64,000 bases of DNA, taken from positions 448,818,001-448,882,000 of the forward strand of contig NC_067399.1 of the NCBI RefSeq assembly GCF_016432865.1, in the 5' to 3' direction. The notes below the pieces were generated by a model. The model searched no databases. It was given only the letters and a program-made list of their open reading frames with translations, and had not been told where the DNA came from. This document shows positions 51,193-63,277 of this stretch, piece by piece. The position numbers and the translations under genes were made by a program. The first letter of the stretch is position 1. Each line of letters opens with the position of its first letter. Origin of the DNA: Antechinus flavipes (taxonomy: Eukaryota).

Positions 51193-51509
51193 ATATACTT
51201 AGTATTTAATAAAAAAAATTGTTGAATTGAAGTTTGTTATCAAATCTCTCTGGACTTAATTTCTCTCATCTGTAAAATGACTAGATGGTCTCTAAGATTT
51301 CTTCCAGGTTTGTGGTCTCTCTTAGTTTTTATATTCTATGTAATATGATTTAACAACATTAAATTAGGTAGGATTTGGATGGATGGAAAGGAGGAAAGGA
51401 AAGGGAGGGGAAGAGATGGGAGGGTGTCTTAAGAAAGGGAAAAGCCAAAAAGAACAAAGTATGTAGTAGCAGAAATAATCACAAAATAATGATGAGAAAA
51501 AGGAGAAAC

Positions 51510-51730
51510 AGTGCTTTAAAGCTTGCAAAGTGCTTTAACTACATCATTTCATTTGCTACTCATAACAAGACTGTGAAGCAGGTACTGTTATTATCTTCAT
51601 TATATAGATGACGAAACTGAGGATGAGAGGGACTCAGTGACTCGAAGAGGTTCATAGCTCATAAATATCTAAAGCAAGATGTGAACTCAGGTCTTTCTGA
51701 ATGTAAATCAGTGTGCTATCCACGTGCCAG
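51510..51730 (-). mobile_element. MIR SINE
   Basis: gtgctttaaagcttgcaaagtgctttaactacatcatttcatttg...gatgacgaaactgagg. Confidence 0.75.
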
Positions 51731-52047
51731 ACTGCTTTACCAGGAGTTTATTTTGCTTTCCTTTCCAAGGTTAAGATCTATTTGAGGATCAAAGTATGAG
51801 CCTTTCTGCTCCCCCTCCAACTTTCTCCAAGACCAAGCTGTATCTCAACTCAGCCCTTTCTGGCTCCACCAAGCCCATGTCAGAGGCGGTGACAAACAGC
51901 TTAGCTGATGGCTTATAATGTCGGAGATGATGGAAATGGGGATGTGACAGTTGAAAGAATGGGTTGGGAATGCTTGTCATAACTTTATTTGTGGGAGGTG
52001 AGTTCTTGTCAGCAAGTGATGGATCATCCAAGGGCAGGGCACAATGC

Positions 52048-52681
52048 NNNNNNNNNNNNNNNNNNNNNNNNNNNNNNNNNNNNNNNNNNNNNNNNNNNNN
52101 NNNNNNNNNNNNNNNNNNNNNNNNNNNNNNNNNNNNNNNNNNNNNNNNNNNNNNNNNNNNNNNNNNNNNNNNNNNNNNNNNNNNNNNNNNNNNNNNNNNN
52201 NNNNNNNNNNNNNNNNNNNNNNNNNNNNNNNNNNNNNNNNNNNNNNNNNNNNNNNNNNNNNNNNNNNNNNNNNNNNNNNNNNNNNNNNNNNNNNNNNNNN
52301 NNNNNNNNNNNNNNNNNNNNNNNNNNNNNNNNNNNNNNNNNNNNNNNNNNNNNNNNNNNNNNNNNNNNNNNNNNNNNNNNNNNNNNNNNNNNNNNNNNNN
52401 NNNNNNNNNNNNNNNNNNNNNNNNNNNNNNNNNNNNATCTATCTGCCTCTCTNNNNNNNNNNNNNNNNNNNNNNNNNNNNNNNNNNNNNNNNNNNNNNNN
52501 NNNNNNNNNNNNNNNNNNNNNNNNNNNNNNNNNNNNNNNNNNNNNNNNNNNNNNNNNNNNNNNNNNNNNNNNNNNNNNNNNNNNNNNNNNNNNNNNNNNN
52601 NNNNNNNNNNNNNNNNNNNNNNNNNNNNNNNNNNNNNNNNNNNNNNNNNNNNNNNNNNNNNNNNNNNNNNNNNNNNNNNNN
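52048..52681. other. Two assembly gaps separated by a 16-bp island (52437-52452)
   Basis: Runs of N around atctatctgcctctct. Confidence 1.
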
Positions 52682-54218
52682 TCACACTCACATACACACT
52701 CACATGCTCCCTGCTCTCTTTTCTCTGTGAGCCAAATGACTTTGGGGATGACAAATGAGTTTCTCAGCAGGAGCAGAGGAAGGGAAATTTGAAGGTAAAG
52801 AGGCTGTGTGGCCAGCACTTCAATGTAATTTCTGTTTATCCTGCTGACAGCAGACATCTACCCAACCTACTCTTCTAGAATATGTGTGGGGCCACAGCAG
52901 CTAGTGCTTGGGCTGCCCTCTTGCATGACTGGGACTCTGATTAGTTGGGGATGATCTTCATCTTCTGTGCCCCTGACTTGTTCAGTAAGGGAGAACTATT
53001 GACTCTCACATTAGAAATAAGGATGGACAATAAGATGAAATAGCTAAGGGGACACCTTCTTATTGAAATGGGTCTAGACAGGAGTTAGGGAGAGTAGAAT
53101 ATTAAACTATGGGATTCTAGGACTAGAAGGTACCTTAGAATATAACATATAAACTGTCAGAGCTGAAAGGGACTTTAAAATATAAAATGGGGAATGTCAG
53201 AGATGACAAGGACCTTAAAATAGAGAACATTTAATGATCAAGCTAATGACCTTAAAGCACAGAACAGGAAGTCTGAAAGAGGAACGTTAAAATTGTTAGA
53301 ACACAGAAATAGAACATAGATAATGAGTGAAAATGAGCGAAAAATAATTTATCAAGCATTTCTTATGTGCTGGGTACTGTCTGAGTTTTGGAAATAAATA
53401 TGTAAAAAGTGAGGTAATATTTACCTTCAAGGAGCTTATATTCTGTACTAATAAGAAGAGGCAACACTTATATGATGATGGTTGCCAGGGAAAAATAAAG
53501 TCAGAGATGGTGAATAAAGTCAGAATTTGGTGGTTAATTTGCTTACTATTCTTGAAGCAATAGATGGAAGGAGTGTTATATCTGGGGCATAATAGATGAC
53601 TAGGGTGAGCTAAAGTAGTTTTACAGTCAGCACATAAGAATGTCAGAGTTGGAAAAAACTAATATATTACTTAGTCAAATCCTCTCTTTTTACAGATGAG
53701 GAAATTGAAAGCGATAGAAGTAAAATGCCTTCAGTAAGGTCACAGAGGAAGTTAGTAGTCAAGCCAGAAGCATAATTCAATTGTCCTGACTCAAAAGCCA
53801 AATGTTCTTTTTACCATACAACACTGAGTTTCCATCTTATCCCAGCTTCTCCATTCTGTGTCCCTCACCAAAGAAGTTCAAAGAAGTATGACATTCAGGA
53901 AGAAGAAAGGTATAGATCCTCTGGTACTCTGTTCTGGTCAGATCACAACTGGACCTGTGCATTCAGTTCTTGTTGCAATATCTTTTTCAGGATTGAAGGG
54001 GGGAGGTGACATTGATAAGCTGGAAAGTTTCTGGAGAAAAGCAACCAGAATGGTGAGTCCATACTTTCAGTTAAATCTGAAAAGACTTGGTGTGAGGAAA
54101 GTGCATTATTGCTGTCTTGAAGTATTGAAAGGAAGTCAGATTAGATTTGTTCTGTTTGGCCTTCCAGAGTAGGACCAGAAACAATGGGTAGAAGCTGTAA
54201 AGTGGTCAATTTAGTCTT

Positions 54219-54861
54219 TTTTTTAAAAAATAACTTTTTATTGACAGAACCAAAATTTTTTATGTTGTGGTCAATAGTGATCTCTAGTTCTTCTTTGGTC
54301 ATAAATTCCTTCCCCTTCCACAGGTCTGAGAGGTAAACTATCCTACGCTCTTCCAATTTATTTATAATCTCATTCTTTATGCCTAGGTCATGAACCCATT
54401 TTGACCTTATCTTGGTGTGCGGTGTTAAGTGTGGGTCAATGCCTAGTTTCTGCCATACCAATTTCCAATTTTCCCAGCAATTTTTGTCAAATAATGCATT
54501 CTTATCCCAAAAACTGGAATCTTTGGGTTTGTCAAACACTATATTATTAAAGTTATTGGCTGTTTTGTCCTTTGAACCTAACCTATTCCATTGATCAACT
54601 AGTCTATTTCTTAGCCAATACCAGATGGTTTTAGTAACTGCTGCTTTATAATATAATTTTAGATCTGGTACAGCTAGGCCACCTTCATTTGAGTTTTTTT
54701 CATTAATTCCCTTGAAATTCTTGACCTTTTGTTTTTCCATATGAACTTTGTTGTTATTTTTTCTAGGTCATCAAAATAGTTTTTTGGGAGTCTGATTGGT
54801 ATAGCACTAAATAAATAGATTAGTTTAGGTAGTATTGTCATCTTTATTATATTTGCTCACC
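54219..54861 (-). mobile_element. Young L1 with a 5' truncation and an internal deletion (ORF2 fused to the last ~33 nt of the 3' end)
   Basis: ORF 54141-54740 is ORF2 ([24 protein letters not shown]...); junction near 54251; 13-bp perfect TSD tcaatttagtctt at 54206-54218 and 54862-54874. Confidence 0.92.
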
Positions 54862-54959
54862 TCAATTTAGTCTTGACATTAAGAAAACCTTCTATAGAAA
54901 AAACAATATCTTCTAAAGTCCTGGCTACATAGGCTGGCTAATTTTTAATTACAAGGCAA

Positions 54960-55373
54960 TGAAATTGTTCTTCATACTTGATTCATCCTGGAGACAGAAT
55001 TCTCAGAGACTGAAATAAACTCAGAAAGGGGACCTCTAGACTTTGTCTGGAGTCTGACAGTTTCTTCACTCCTAGTTTGTTAGAATTTATAGTCCTACCC
55101 CCCAACCTGTCAGAATCAGATTTATGGTTCCTGCCTGGAGACTCCCCATCACCAGAGTTTGGACTCCACCCTCTGCCTTTGTTTAGCTACTGGGTATAAA
55201 TATGTCATTGAGAACTTGCATTGGCTGCTGGATGCTGGATTCTTGGGGATGATAGTCTTATTCAACCCTGGGACCAAACTATGGATTCATTTTATCCCAG
55301 TAAATCTCTCCCTTTCAATAAAATATTAAAAACTCTCTAATCTCTATCTTGACTCAATTTCTCCAGCATTACA
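54960..55373 (+). mobile_element. Solo LTR (ERV-type); 5' boundary uncertain
   Basis: TATA gggtataaat (about 55192-55201), AATAAA (about 55317-55322), terminal ...cagcattaca-3'; no TSD found. Confidence 0.6.
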
Positions 55374-56679
55374 CATCTGTCAGGGAGGTTGTTGAGGGGG
55401 TTCCTGTTTAGCTGTGGGTTGGACTAGAAGGCTACTGAGATCTTTTCCAACTCTAATATTCTGTGATTCTTTGAAGTTCAGTAAGACTCCAGACAGCTCA
55501 CTTTCCCCATTTTCTAAAAATGGTGATCCTATATTGGAAAATGTTCTGCATACTTTTCCCAGGACCTCGGTCTTCTTACATAGGTTATCAACAATGGCAG
55601 GGCAAGCTGCCAAATATATTTCAGTATAGACTTGAAGGTTCTGCCATATTCTTCCCTTCTTTTCTCCTCCACAGCCTTGTGGATGAATGAGTTTCTTGAG
55701 CCAGCTGTTGTTGTTTCTTTGGACAGGTCTCCTGAGATGCAAAGAGAAGCATTTTCGCCTCTCCTGGCATCAAATCTAATTGCTATCTTTTTTAGCTTTC
55801 TGAGCTGTTAACTCCTTCAGCATCCTAGACTATTCTGTCCCCATCAGCCTCAAGCAGAGGTGGAGTAACAGCTGAGTGCCCTTTGTCCCCCCCACCACCT
55901 CTGTTCTCCTTACTCTCTGTCTATACTCCCCCTGTTTTGGTTGGCCAGGGGGGTTCTGAGAACATGAGGAATGGAATGTGGGTCCTGAGCTTCAAAACTT
56001 TGGGAAACAGACAGCTTTAGTTGTTTATTCAGCATTCCTATAAGAAATATTTAAATCTGGGTTTGAATCTCAATTCTTATTTATTGCCTTTAAAGGGCTT
56101 TGTAAACCTTAATGTGATAGAGAATTAAGAGTTACTATTGTTACCTATGTGACTTTGGACAAATCACATAACTTTTTTGGACCTCAGCTTCCTCATTTGC
56201 GAAAGGATGGGGCTTGACAGGCTGGTTTCTAAGGTCCCTTCCAGCTCCAAATCCCATAAGGACTATGATCTTAGAAATATAATCAACATAAGCATATAAA
56301 CCCTGGTGATACTAGTACAAGAATCACAGAATACTAGACTCTCAGGAGGAATAAAATGACTGGTTCTAGCAACATGGCCATAGAATTGGAAGGTGTCCTA
56401 GAGATCATCTAGTCTAATTCCCTCATTTTACAGATAAAAATAAAGCATTGAGAAGTTAAATGACTTCCCAAGGTTGCATAGATATTAAATAGCAAGACCT
56501 AGGCTATCTGATTCCAAAACCAGTCTTCTGTTCACTATACCACTCTGTTTTAAGGACATGATCCAAAGGACAATGGGAAGAAATATTTTTATGTGGCATA
56601 TTTCCAAAGCTGATTTGCCCAAGAAATGTAATAAAATACACATAGAGGATGTGAACAATCAGAAAAGAGATGGACTCAT

Positions 56680-56885
56680 CAGGTAGTGGGGAGCCAGGTC
56701 TGGAGTTAGGAAGACTCATCTTTGTGAGTTCAAATCTGTCCTCAGATACCTACTATGTTACCCCAGACAAGTCACTTTATCCTGTTTGCCTCAGCAAACT
56801 GCTTCAGCATCTTTGCCAAGAAAACCCAAACGGAGTCACTAAGAATTGGACTCAATTGAAAAGTACATGAGGAGCAGCAACAACA
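56680..56885 (+). mobile_element. Marsupial CORE-SINE (Mar1-like)
   Basis: ggtctggagttaggaagactcatctttgtgagttcaaatctg...catctttgccaagaaaacccaaacggagtcactaagaattggactca. Confidence 0.8.
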
Positions 56886-57149
56886 TCATATTCATACAGA
56901 AATCAGGAAGATCTTTACCATATTCTATGAATCTTGTATGGAGGGATTACGAAACACCATGGATGACAACAGCACAAGCTAGGGGATCACTTGAGATTGG
57001 CAACTCTGATCTGCAGTAAAGCTAAAGGTGATTGGATGTTCATGAAGAGGCTTCCGTGCCATTAGGTAGCAGTATAGGGTTGTGAAAGACCACTGCACTT
57101 CCAGCCCAAGTGGGATGGGGAAACTCAGTCTCAATAGAAAAGAGAAGAA

Positions 57150-57743
57150 AGAAAATAAAAAAGGAGGAAGAAAGACAGAGAAAAAGAAATGGAGACAGAA
57201 ACAGAGACACAGAGAGAAAGAGACAAAGACACAGAAAGACTGAAAGAGAGAGACAAACTCAGAGACACAGAGACAGAGAGAGACTGAATGAAAGACAGAC
57301 ACAGAGACAGAGAGAAACTGAGAGAGACAAACTCAGAGACACAGAGACAGAGAGACTGAAAGAGAGAGACAAACTCAGAGACACAGAGACAGAGAGAGAC
57401 TGAAAGAGAGAGAGACAAACTTAGAGACACAGAGACAGAGAGAGACTGAAAGAGAGAGACAAACTCAGAGACACAGAGACAGAGAGAGACTGAAAGNNNN
57501 NNNNNNNNNNNNNNNNNNNNNNNNNNNNNNNNNNNNNNNNNNNNNNNNNNNNNNNNNNNNNNNNNNNNNNNNNNNNNNNNNNNNNNNNNNNNNNNNNNNN
57601 NNNNNNNNNNNNNNNNNNNNNNNNNNNNAAACTCAGAGACACAGAGACAGAGAGAGACTGAAAGAGAGACACAAACTCAGAGACACAGACAGAGACAGAC
57701 AGAGAAAGAAACAGAGAGAGAGAGAGAGAGAGACAGAGACACA

Positions 57744-57780
<37 letters not shown>

Positions 57781-57800
57781 AGAAACAGAGAAAGAGAAAT
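57150..57800. repeat. GA-rich VNTR of 42-46-bp units plus (GA)n/(CA)n, with a 132-N gap at 57497-57628
   Basis: Unit acaaactcagagacacagagacagagagagactgaaagagagag starts at 57253, 57327, 57369, 57415, 57459, about 57627 and 57671. Confidence 0.92.
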
Positions 57801-58309
57801 TGACATTTCAGATAGCTGAGAGCTGTAGTGGAGACAAAATTCCAGGGCTTGAATGTAGCTATCATATTTATTAGCTATGTGATTTTGGCAAGTCACTTTC
57901 TCTAAGCATCATTTTTTCCCTCTGTAGAAATAAGAATAGTAATATTTTCACTACATACCTCAGGGGCTATGTGAAAAGCACTTAACAAACCAGAGGATGC
58001 TACAGCCATGATACCATCATAATTGCTGTTGTTGGTAGAGGCTCTTTTCTTGGGGATAGCCTTTGCTAGCTTTTCTCCCTTTTGCTTGGTCCACTTGGAT
58101 GTTAATTATATCTGAGAGCACTGTGCTCTGCTGGCCTAGGTCTGCTTCTGAATCATTAGGGAACACTGCTGACCATGGCAAAGCAGCCTTTTTTCTTGTT
58201 TAGGAGGAGAAGAGTATCTTTGTGGTACAGATAATTATCCTTCATTTATTCAAAAGGTCTGTGGTGAGCATCTGTTCTGCGCTTAGCACTGTGTGCCACA
58301 TTGGGAGAA

Positions 58310-58850
58310 GTGAGAGGCAGCGTGGGACCCTGGGAAAAATGCTGGCTATGAAGTCAAAAGACTCAGGCTCAGATTCCACATCTGACACTTATTACCTCTG
58401 TGACCTTAGACAAATTACTTAACCTCTCTAGGCCTCTATTTCCTTCCCTGTAAAATGAGGAATCTGGACGCGATGGCCTCTAAGGTCACTGCCAACTCCA
58501 AATCTATGATTCTATGATATAAGAAAAATTGAGGTGAAATGAATTGCTCAGAGTCACATAGGAAGAAAGCCACAAAACCAGTATTTAATAATAATAGCTA
58601 GCATTTAAACAGCACCTACTTTGTGCCACTGTACTAAGTATTTCTAAATATCTTCTCATTTAATCCTCACATAAACCCTGGGAAGTAGGTGCTATTATTA
58701 TCCCCATTTTACAGGTGAGGAAACTGAGGCAAACAGAGGTCAAGCCACTTACTGAAGGTCACACAGCTTCTTGGCATTTGGGGTAGGATTTGAATTCGAG
58801 TCTTTATGACCCCAGGCCCATCATTCTATCCCCTGCAGACATCTGGTTGT
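58310..58850. mobile_element. Two MIR SINEs (+ at 58310-58520, - at 58590-58850)
   Basis: ctgtgaccttagacaaattacttaacctctctaggcctc; cattttacaggtgaggaaactgaggcaaacagagg. Confidence 0.75.
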
Positions 58851-59399
58851 CTTTTGATTTGATCTTAGTTTTTTTGACTCCAAATCCAAGGCTCTTTCCT
58901 TTATACTACACTTCCATCTATATAAGAATCCATACGTTATAAGTTCATAGAATAAATTGGGAGATGACAAAAATATGAGTTAGTTAAAAAAACAACAACT
59001 GTGCAATATGGGAATAAAAGCTAAGATTAATGATGCATATTTTATCACAGGGTTTAGAGGAGGGGGAGATCCCTGTGGATTGGAAATGTTGAAAAAGGCT
59101 TCATAAAGAAGGCAGAACTCTTCTTCCTTGAAGCATCCTTGAAGCTAGAATATGGAGAGATGGAAATCAGGGGGCAGCAGTGCATTCTGGGCACCATGAT
59201 GTAATGGAAAGAGCACTGCCATGTGACTCAGGAGATGAGTTCTGTGTATCATTTGGCCTCCCTAGACCTTAGTTTCCTCATCTGTAAAATGAAAAGACTG
59301 GATTAGATTGTCTCTAAAGACCCTTATTGCTCTGACATTCTGTGATTAGCATGAATGAAGGCTTGAAAGTGAAACGTGGATGTTGTATTTGCAAGATCA

Positions 59400-59700
59400 T
59401 TTGATTTTTTCCCTTAATTTAAAAAATGTTTTCTAACCCAATAACTATCAATATAGCAAACATTCAAATGTTGGAGACAGTTTGGAGAATGACTTGTATA
59501 AATAATGGGATCATATTAATATTTGGAAATATATGTTGTTGTCTAATATGGAAATGTTTTGCATGACTGCACATGTATAATCTGTAGCAAACTACTTGTT
59601 TTCTTCAAGGATGGGGAGAGGAGAAGAGGGAGAGAATTTAGAGAAATTTAGGAAAAATTTAAAAAAAAATTGTGATTGAGGAAAAAAAAAGAAATATCAC
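59400..59700 (+). mobile_element. Old L1 3'UTR fragment
   Basis: ggaaatgttttgcatgactgcacatgtataatctgtagcaaactacttg...ggggagaggagaagagggagagaattta, A-rich tail. Confidence 0.6.
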
Positions 59701-61153
59701 TGACAAAAAAAAATATGTGTATATTGTGGTCTGACAATGGGGGAAGCAGACTTGAATGCCAAGCTGAGTTATTAAGATTTTATTATGTAAGTAATAGGGA
59801 GCCATTTTTTGTTCTTGAATAGGGGCAGGAGAGGGATATCATAAAAGTCATAAAAAGGTCTGTTTCTATGTAAATGGCTTTTTCTAGTGATGAATACGAA
59901 AAGTGGTTGAGGTAGATAGGGGTTATGTTGCTTGGAACTCAGAGAGACCCATGCACTAACCTTGCTAATAATATATTATTAATTCTGTTCTATGTGCAGC
60001 TAATTCTCACCACTTGTTTGCTTCCTGGTAATATGACCACCTCAGAATGCACTTTCAAATATGCTCTCTCTACTCCCCGTGCCAGACTCAGAGACATAGA
60101 GAGAAGCTATTTCTACCAGGGAATTCTGCTTTCCTAAGGACAAAGCTTCCTGGATCCATGACTTCTGCACCGTTGTTCAGGATTCTGGACAGTAGCAGGG
60201 TATGAGGTGGGACTGGGGAGTCCTCCTGGGAGCACATACAGATACACACAAGCTTACACACACACATATGTAACATGCAAGGAAAAGGATATCAGTCACC
60301 AAACAGGATGGGGCCACTATAGCCTGGAAGAGTGGAAAGAGTACTAGATGGAGATCCAGAAGACTTAGTTTAGATCCTGGTTCTGCAGCTTAATTGATGT
60401 GATCTTGGCCAAGTCCCTTAAACTTTATAGAGGTAACATTTCCTCCTCTTCAAAATGAGACCATTGAATTTAAATAGTCTCTCAGGCCACTTCCCATTTT
60501 AAATCTTATGCCATATTTTTGGACATACGGAAACAATATCAGAAGGGTGGTTACTTTCTTAAGTCCTGTTCTTTCAAGGGCTCCTTCATGGCATCAGCCA
60601 CTTATGTCATAGCTCTGAGAAAAGCCTCCCAATGGCCTTGAAGCAGCAACCAGTATTAAGATAACCAACAAGGCTTTGAGTTTCTTAATGGGTCTTTATA
60701 TGTGTTTTAACTTTATTCTGTAAGCAATGAAATCATTGCTGGACTGACAGGGCTTTCATTTTGCTATTCTGGCTATAGTGTTTTGCTATACAAGAGAAAG
60801 GCAGATTAACTCCTGGCTTTTAGCTGGTAAAGCTTTTCAGACCCTGGACAGCAGTTCCCTATGAATTAGGACATTTACAATGCTTTATTACCAGCTGAAC
60901 CTTGTGAGGTAACCAATGCAAATATTTTTATTACTATGTTAAGAATGAAAAAAAGAAGAAAATCAGGTTAAGTGACTTTTCAGTGGTCACAGATCATAGA
61001 ATTTACAGTTTTGAGATTCTTTATTCGCCCCTCCCCCTAAATTATAGATAAGGAAACTGAAGAAGGAGAGAATATATTATACAGGTAGTAAATAACAGAA
61101 TTGTGATTCAATCCCAGGACTTCCAACTCCAAATTTTTAAAATTAAATTTATT

Positions 61154-61876
61154 TTTTAATAAATAAAAATCTATTTTCTCTCCCTTTCACTTACCGTCTT
61201 TGAGGGAAAAAAGGAAAATTCTTGTAACAAAAATGCATCCTCAAGCAAAATAAATTTGTCTATTGGCCCTATTAAAACACATGGATTATAATACATGTGT
61301 ATATAGGTACATATTTACACACATTTATACCTTATGTATAAACACATAGTATTTTTAACCCTGAGTCTATAACTTCTCTATCAGGAGGTGGGTAATATGC
61401 TTCCTATCAGTCCTATGAACATTTTTTTCCACTGTAATATAGTGGAATGAAAACTAACAATAGTCAGAACCAGGATAAAAAGGAATCAAGGGCTCTAGGT
61501 CCATGGTTTTTTTCATTGCAGTCATTGACTTGATGAGCAGAATGGGTTACGGGGGGAGAGACTAGAGGCAGGAAGACCAGTTAGCCTACAATCATGGCAT
61601 AGCAATGGAGTGATCAGGACGGTCCTATAGCCGTGGCCATGAGAATGGAGAGGATGGGATGAGTTAGAGACTGAGTGAGGGCTTCCAAATTCTTTTCGAT
61701 GTTCTTTCTAGACCATTGTTTCTCAACTGGTCAAACACATGCTTTGGTCTCTCCAGATAGCCTTGGGTCCTCACTTCCATTTGTCAAGTACTAATTGAGT
61801 ACTTTGTCAAGTACTTACTTGGTTAACTAGGAGTTAACCAAGAGGAAAAGAGGATGAGGTAAAAATGAAAGAGCTG
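61154..61876 (+). repeat. Copy 1 of a 723-bp apparently identical direct repeat
   Basis: Constant offset of 2124 bp at both ends and matching at the interior points I compared with 63278-64000. Confidence 0.97.
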
Positions 61877-62690
61877 TGATTTTGGAATCAGAGTATCTGG
61901 CTTTGAATCATGATTCTGCTATTTGCTGCCTGTGTAACCTGCACTGTCACTCACTTTTTTAGAACCCCAATTTCCTCATATGCAAAATGAGAGGCTCAGA
62001 CTTGATGATCTCTCTTTCTATAATAACAACGGCTCACATTTATATTGCCCTTTAGATTCTATCAAATACTTTATAGACATTATCTCAATAATCCTCACAA
62101 CCAGGCTGAAAAGTATCAAGTGCCAATATCATTCTCCTCATTTTGCAGAAAAGAAAAGCAAGACTCAAAAAAACCTAAGTGACTTATAGCTGGTAAGCAC
62201 CAGATTTGGGACTTAGATACAGTTCTTCTGACTTCAAGGTCATGGTTTGCTCCACTACACTTTAATTCCTCTGATGGGGATGTGAATTTGTATCATGGCT
62301 GGGGAGATGTAAACGGACAGATGGCTGAATGAGGACAGCCTCTTTTGTGTATCCCCACAAATCTGAAGGTGTGTCATGGAGGGCAGAAACCTATATTGTA
62401 TAGCAACCAATAGCCTAAGACTTATCATTAGAATCATGGAAGGAAGGAATTGAGTGCTTACTGTGTTTCAGGCACTGTGCTAAGCACTTTACATATATTA
62501 ACTCATTTGATCCTCATAACAACCCTGGGAAATAGGGGCTATTATTGTACCCATTTTATAGCTAATGAAACTGAAGCAGGCAGAATTTAAATGACTTGTC
62601 CAGAATCAAACAACTAGTAAGGGTTTGAAGTCAGATTTGAGTTCTTCCTGAATCCAGCTCTGGAACTTTATCCATTATCCCAACCATTTG
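61870..62690. mobile_element. Cluster of MIR SINEs
   Basis: gagctgtgattttggaatcagagtatctggctttgaatc...; gcactgtgctaagcactttacatatattaactcatttgatcctcataacaaccctggg. Confidence 0.7.
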
Positions 62691-63277
62691 AAGTGTTAAA
62701 TATTAGGTGGTTTTACTCTTTTGTGTCTCCCCATCCTCCATTTACAGAAGAAGGAACTGAAGCTTAGGGAGATGAATGACTCACTTAAAGTAAACAGGTA
62801 ATGTTTAAGAGACAATATTTGAATCCAGACCCTCTGACACAGGGCAAATGTTTTAACTTGGGACACAGCTGTCCCATTTTACAAATAAGGACTCAGGTCC
62901 AGAGAGGTAAAAAGCTTGTTGCCCAGAATCATTCATATATTTAAATGGATGTTTGAGCTCATTGGTGAGAAAGCTTCCTGCAATGATGCAGTCCAAAAGG
63001 GGCGTGGGGCAATGGGTGTGTCCTTCTCATTCTGTGCAGCTCTTGTCCATGTCCTCCCATAAGCTCACTACATGGACTCCGCTTAGCTTGTTGGATGTCT
63101 TCCTCCCTTTCTGCTGATATCACGAGGATACCTGTAGAGTGCTCAGCTTATGCAGCTGTCACCCTCACTACATGATCAATCTATTCTCAGTGATACTGGT
63201 AGAAAATAGCAGAGCTGGAACCCCAATTCAGGTTATCTGATTCCAAATTACTCTTTTTACCAAAAAATAGCATTCTA

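Larger units (their letters stand above)
53900..55468 (+). mobile_element. CR1/L3 3' region, interrupted by an L1 and an LTR
   Basis: gacattgataagctggaaagtttctggagaaaagcaaccagaatggtgag...; resumes at about 55374 with tgtcagggaggttgttgaggggg...ggactagaaggctactgagatcttttccaactctaatattctgtgattct. Confidence 0.75.

Noticed and set aside
51789-52857. Longest ORFs in the track (228-321 aa)
   Set aside because: They are open only because they span N gaps; the same applies to ORFs at 1604-2245 and 48794-49421.
56979-57896. Multiple SL/CV/RE-rich ORFs
   Set aside because: Translations of the GA/CA VNTR; likewise 14471-14779, 20673-20912 and 29425-29927.
59950-60035. cactaac branch-like motif, acceptor at 59999 and donor at 60028
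   Set aside because: A 28-nt, non-frame-preserving unit with a weak donor and no recognisable product.
60832-60858. REST/NRSF-like site ttcagaccctggacagc
   Set aside because: The half-site spacing is one base short of canonical and the 3' end mismatches.
61784-61842. Short tandem ttgtcaagtact x2 and an 8-bp inverted repeat ggttaact...agttaacc
   Set aside because: Too short to exceed chance expectation in AT-rich DNA.
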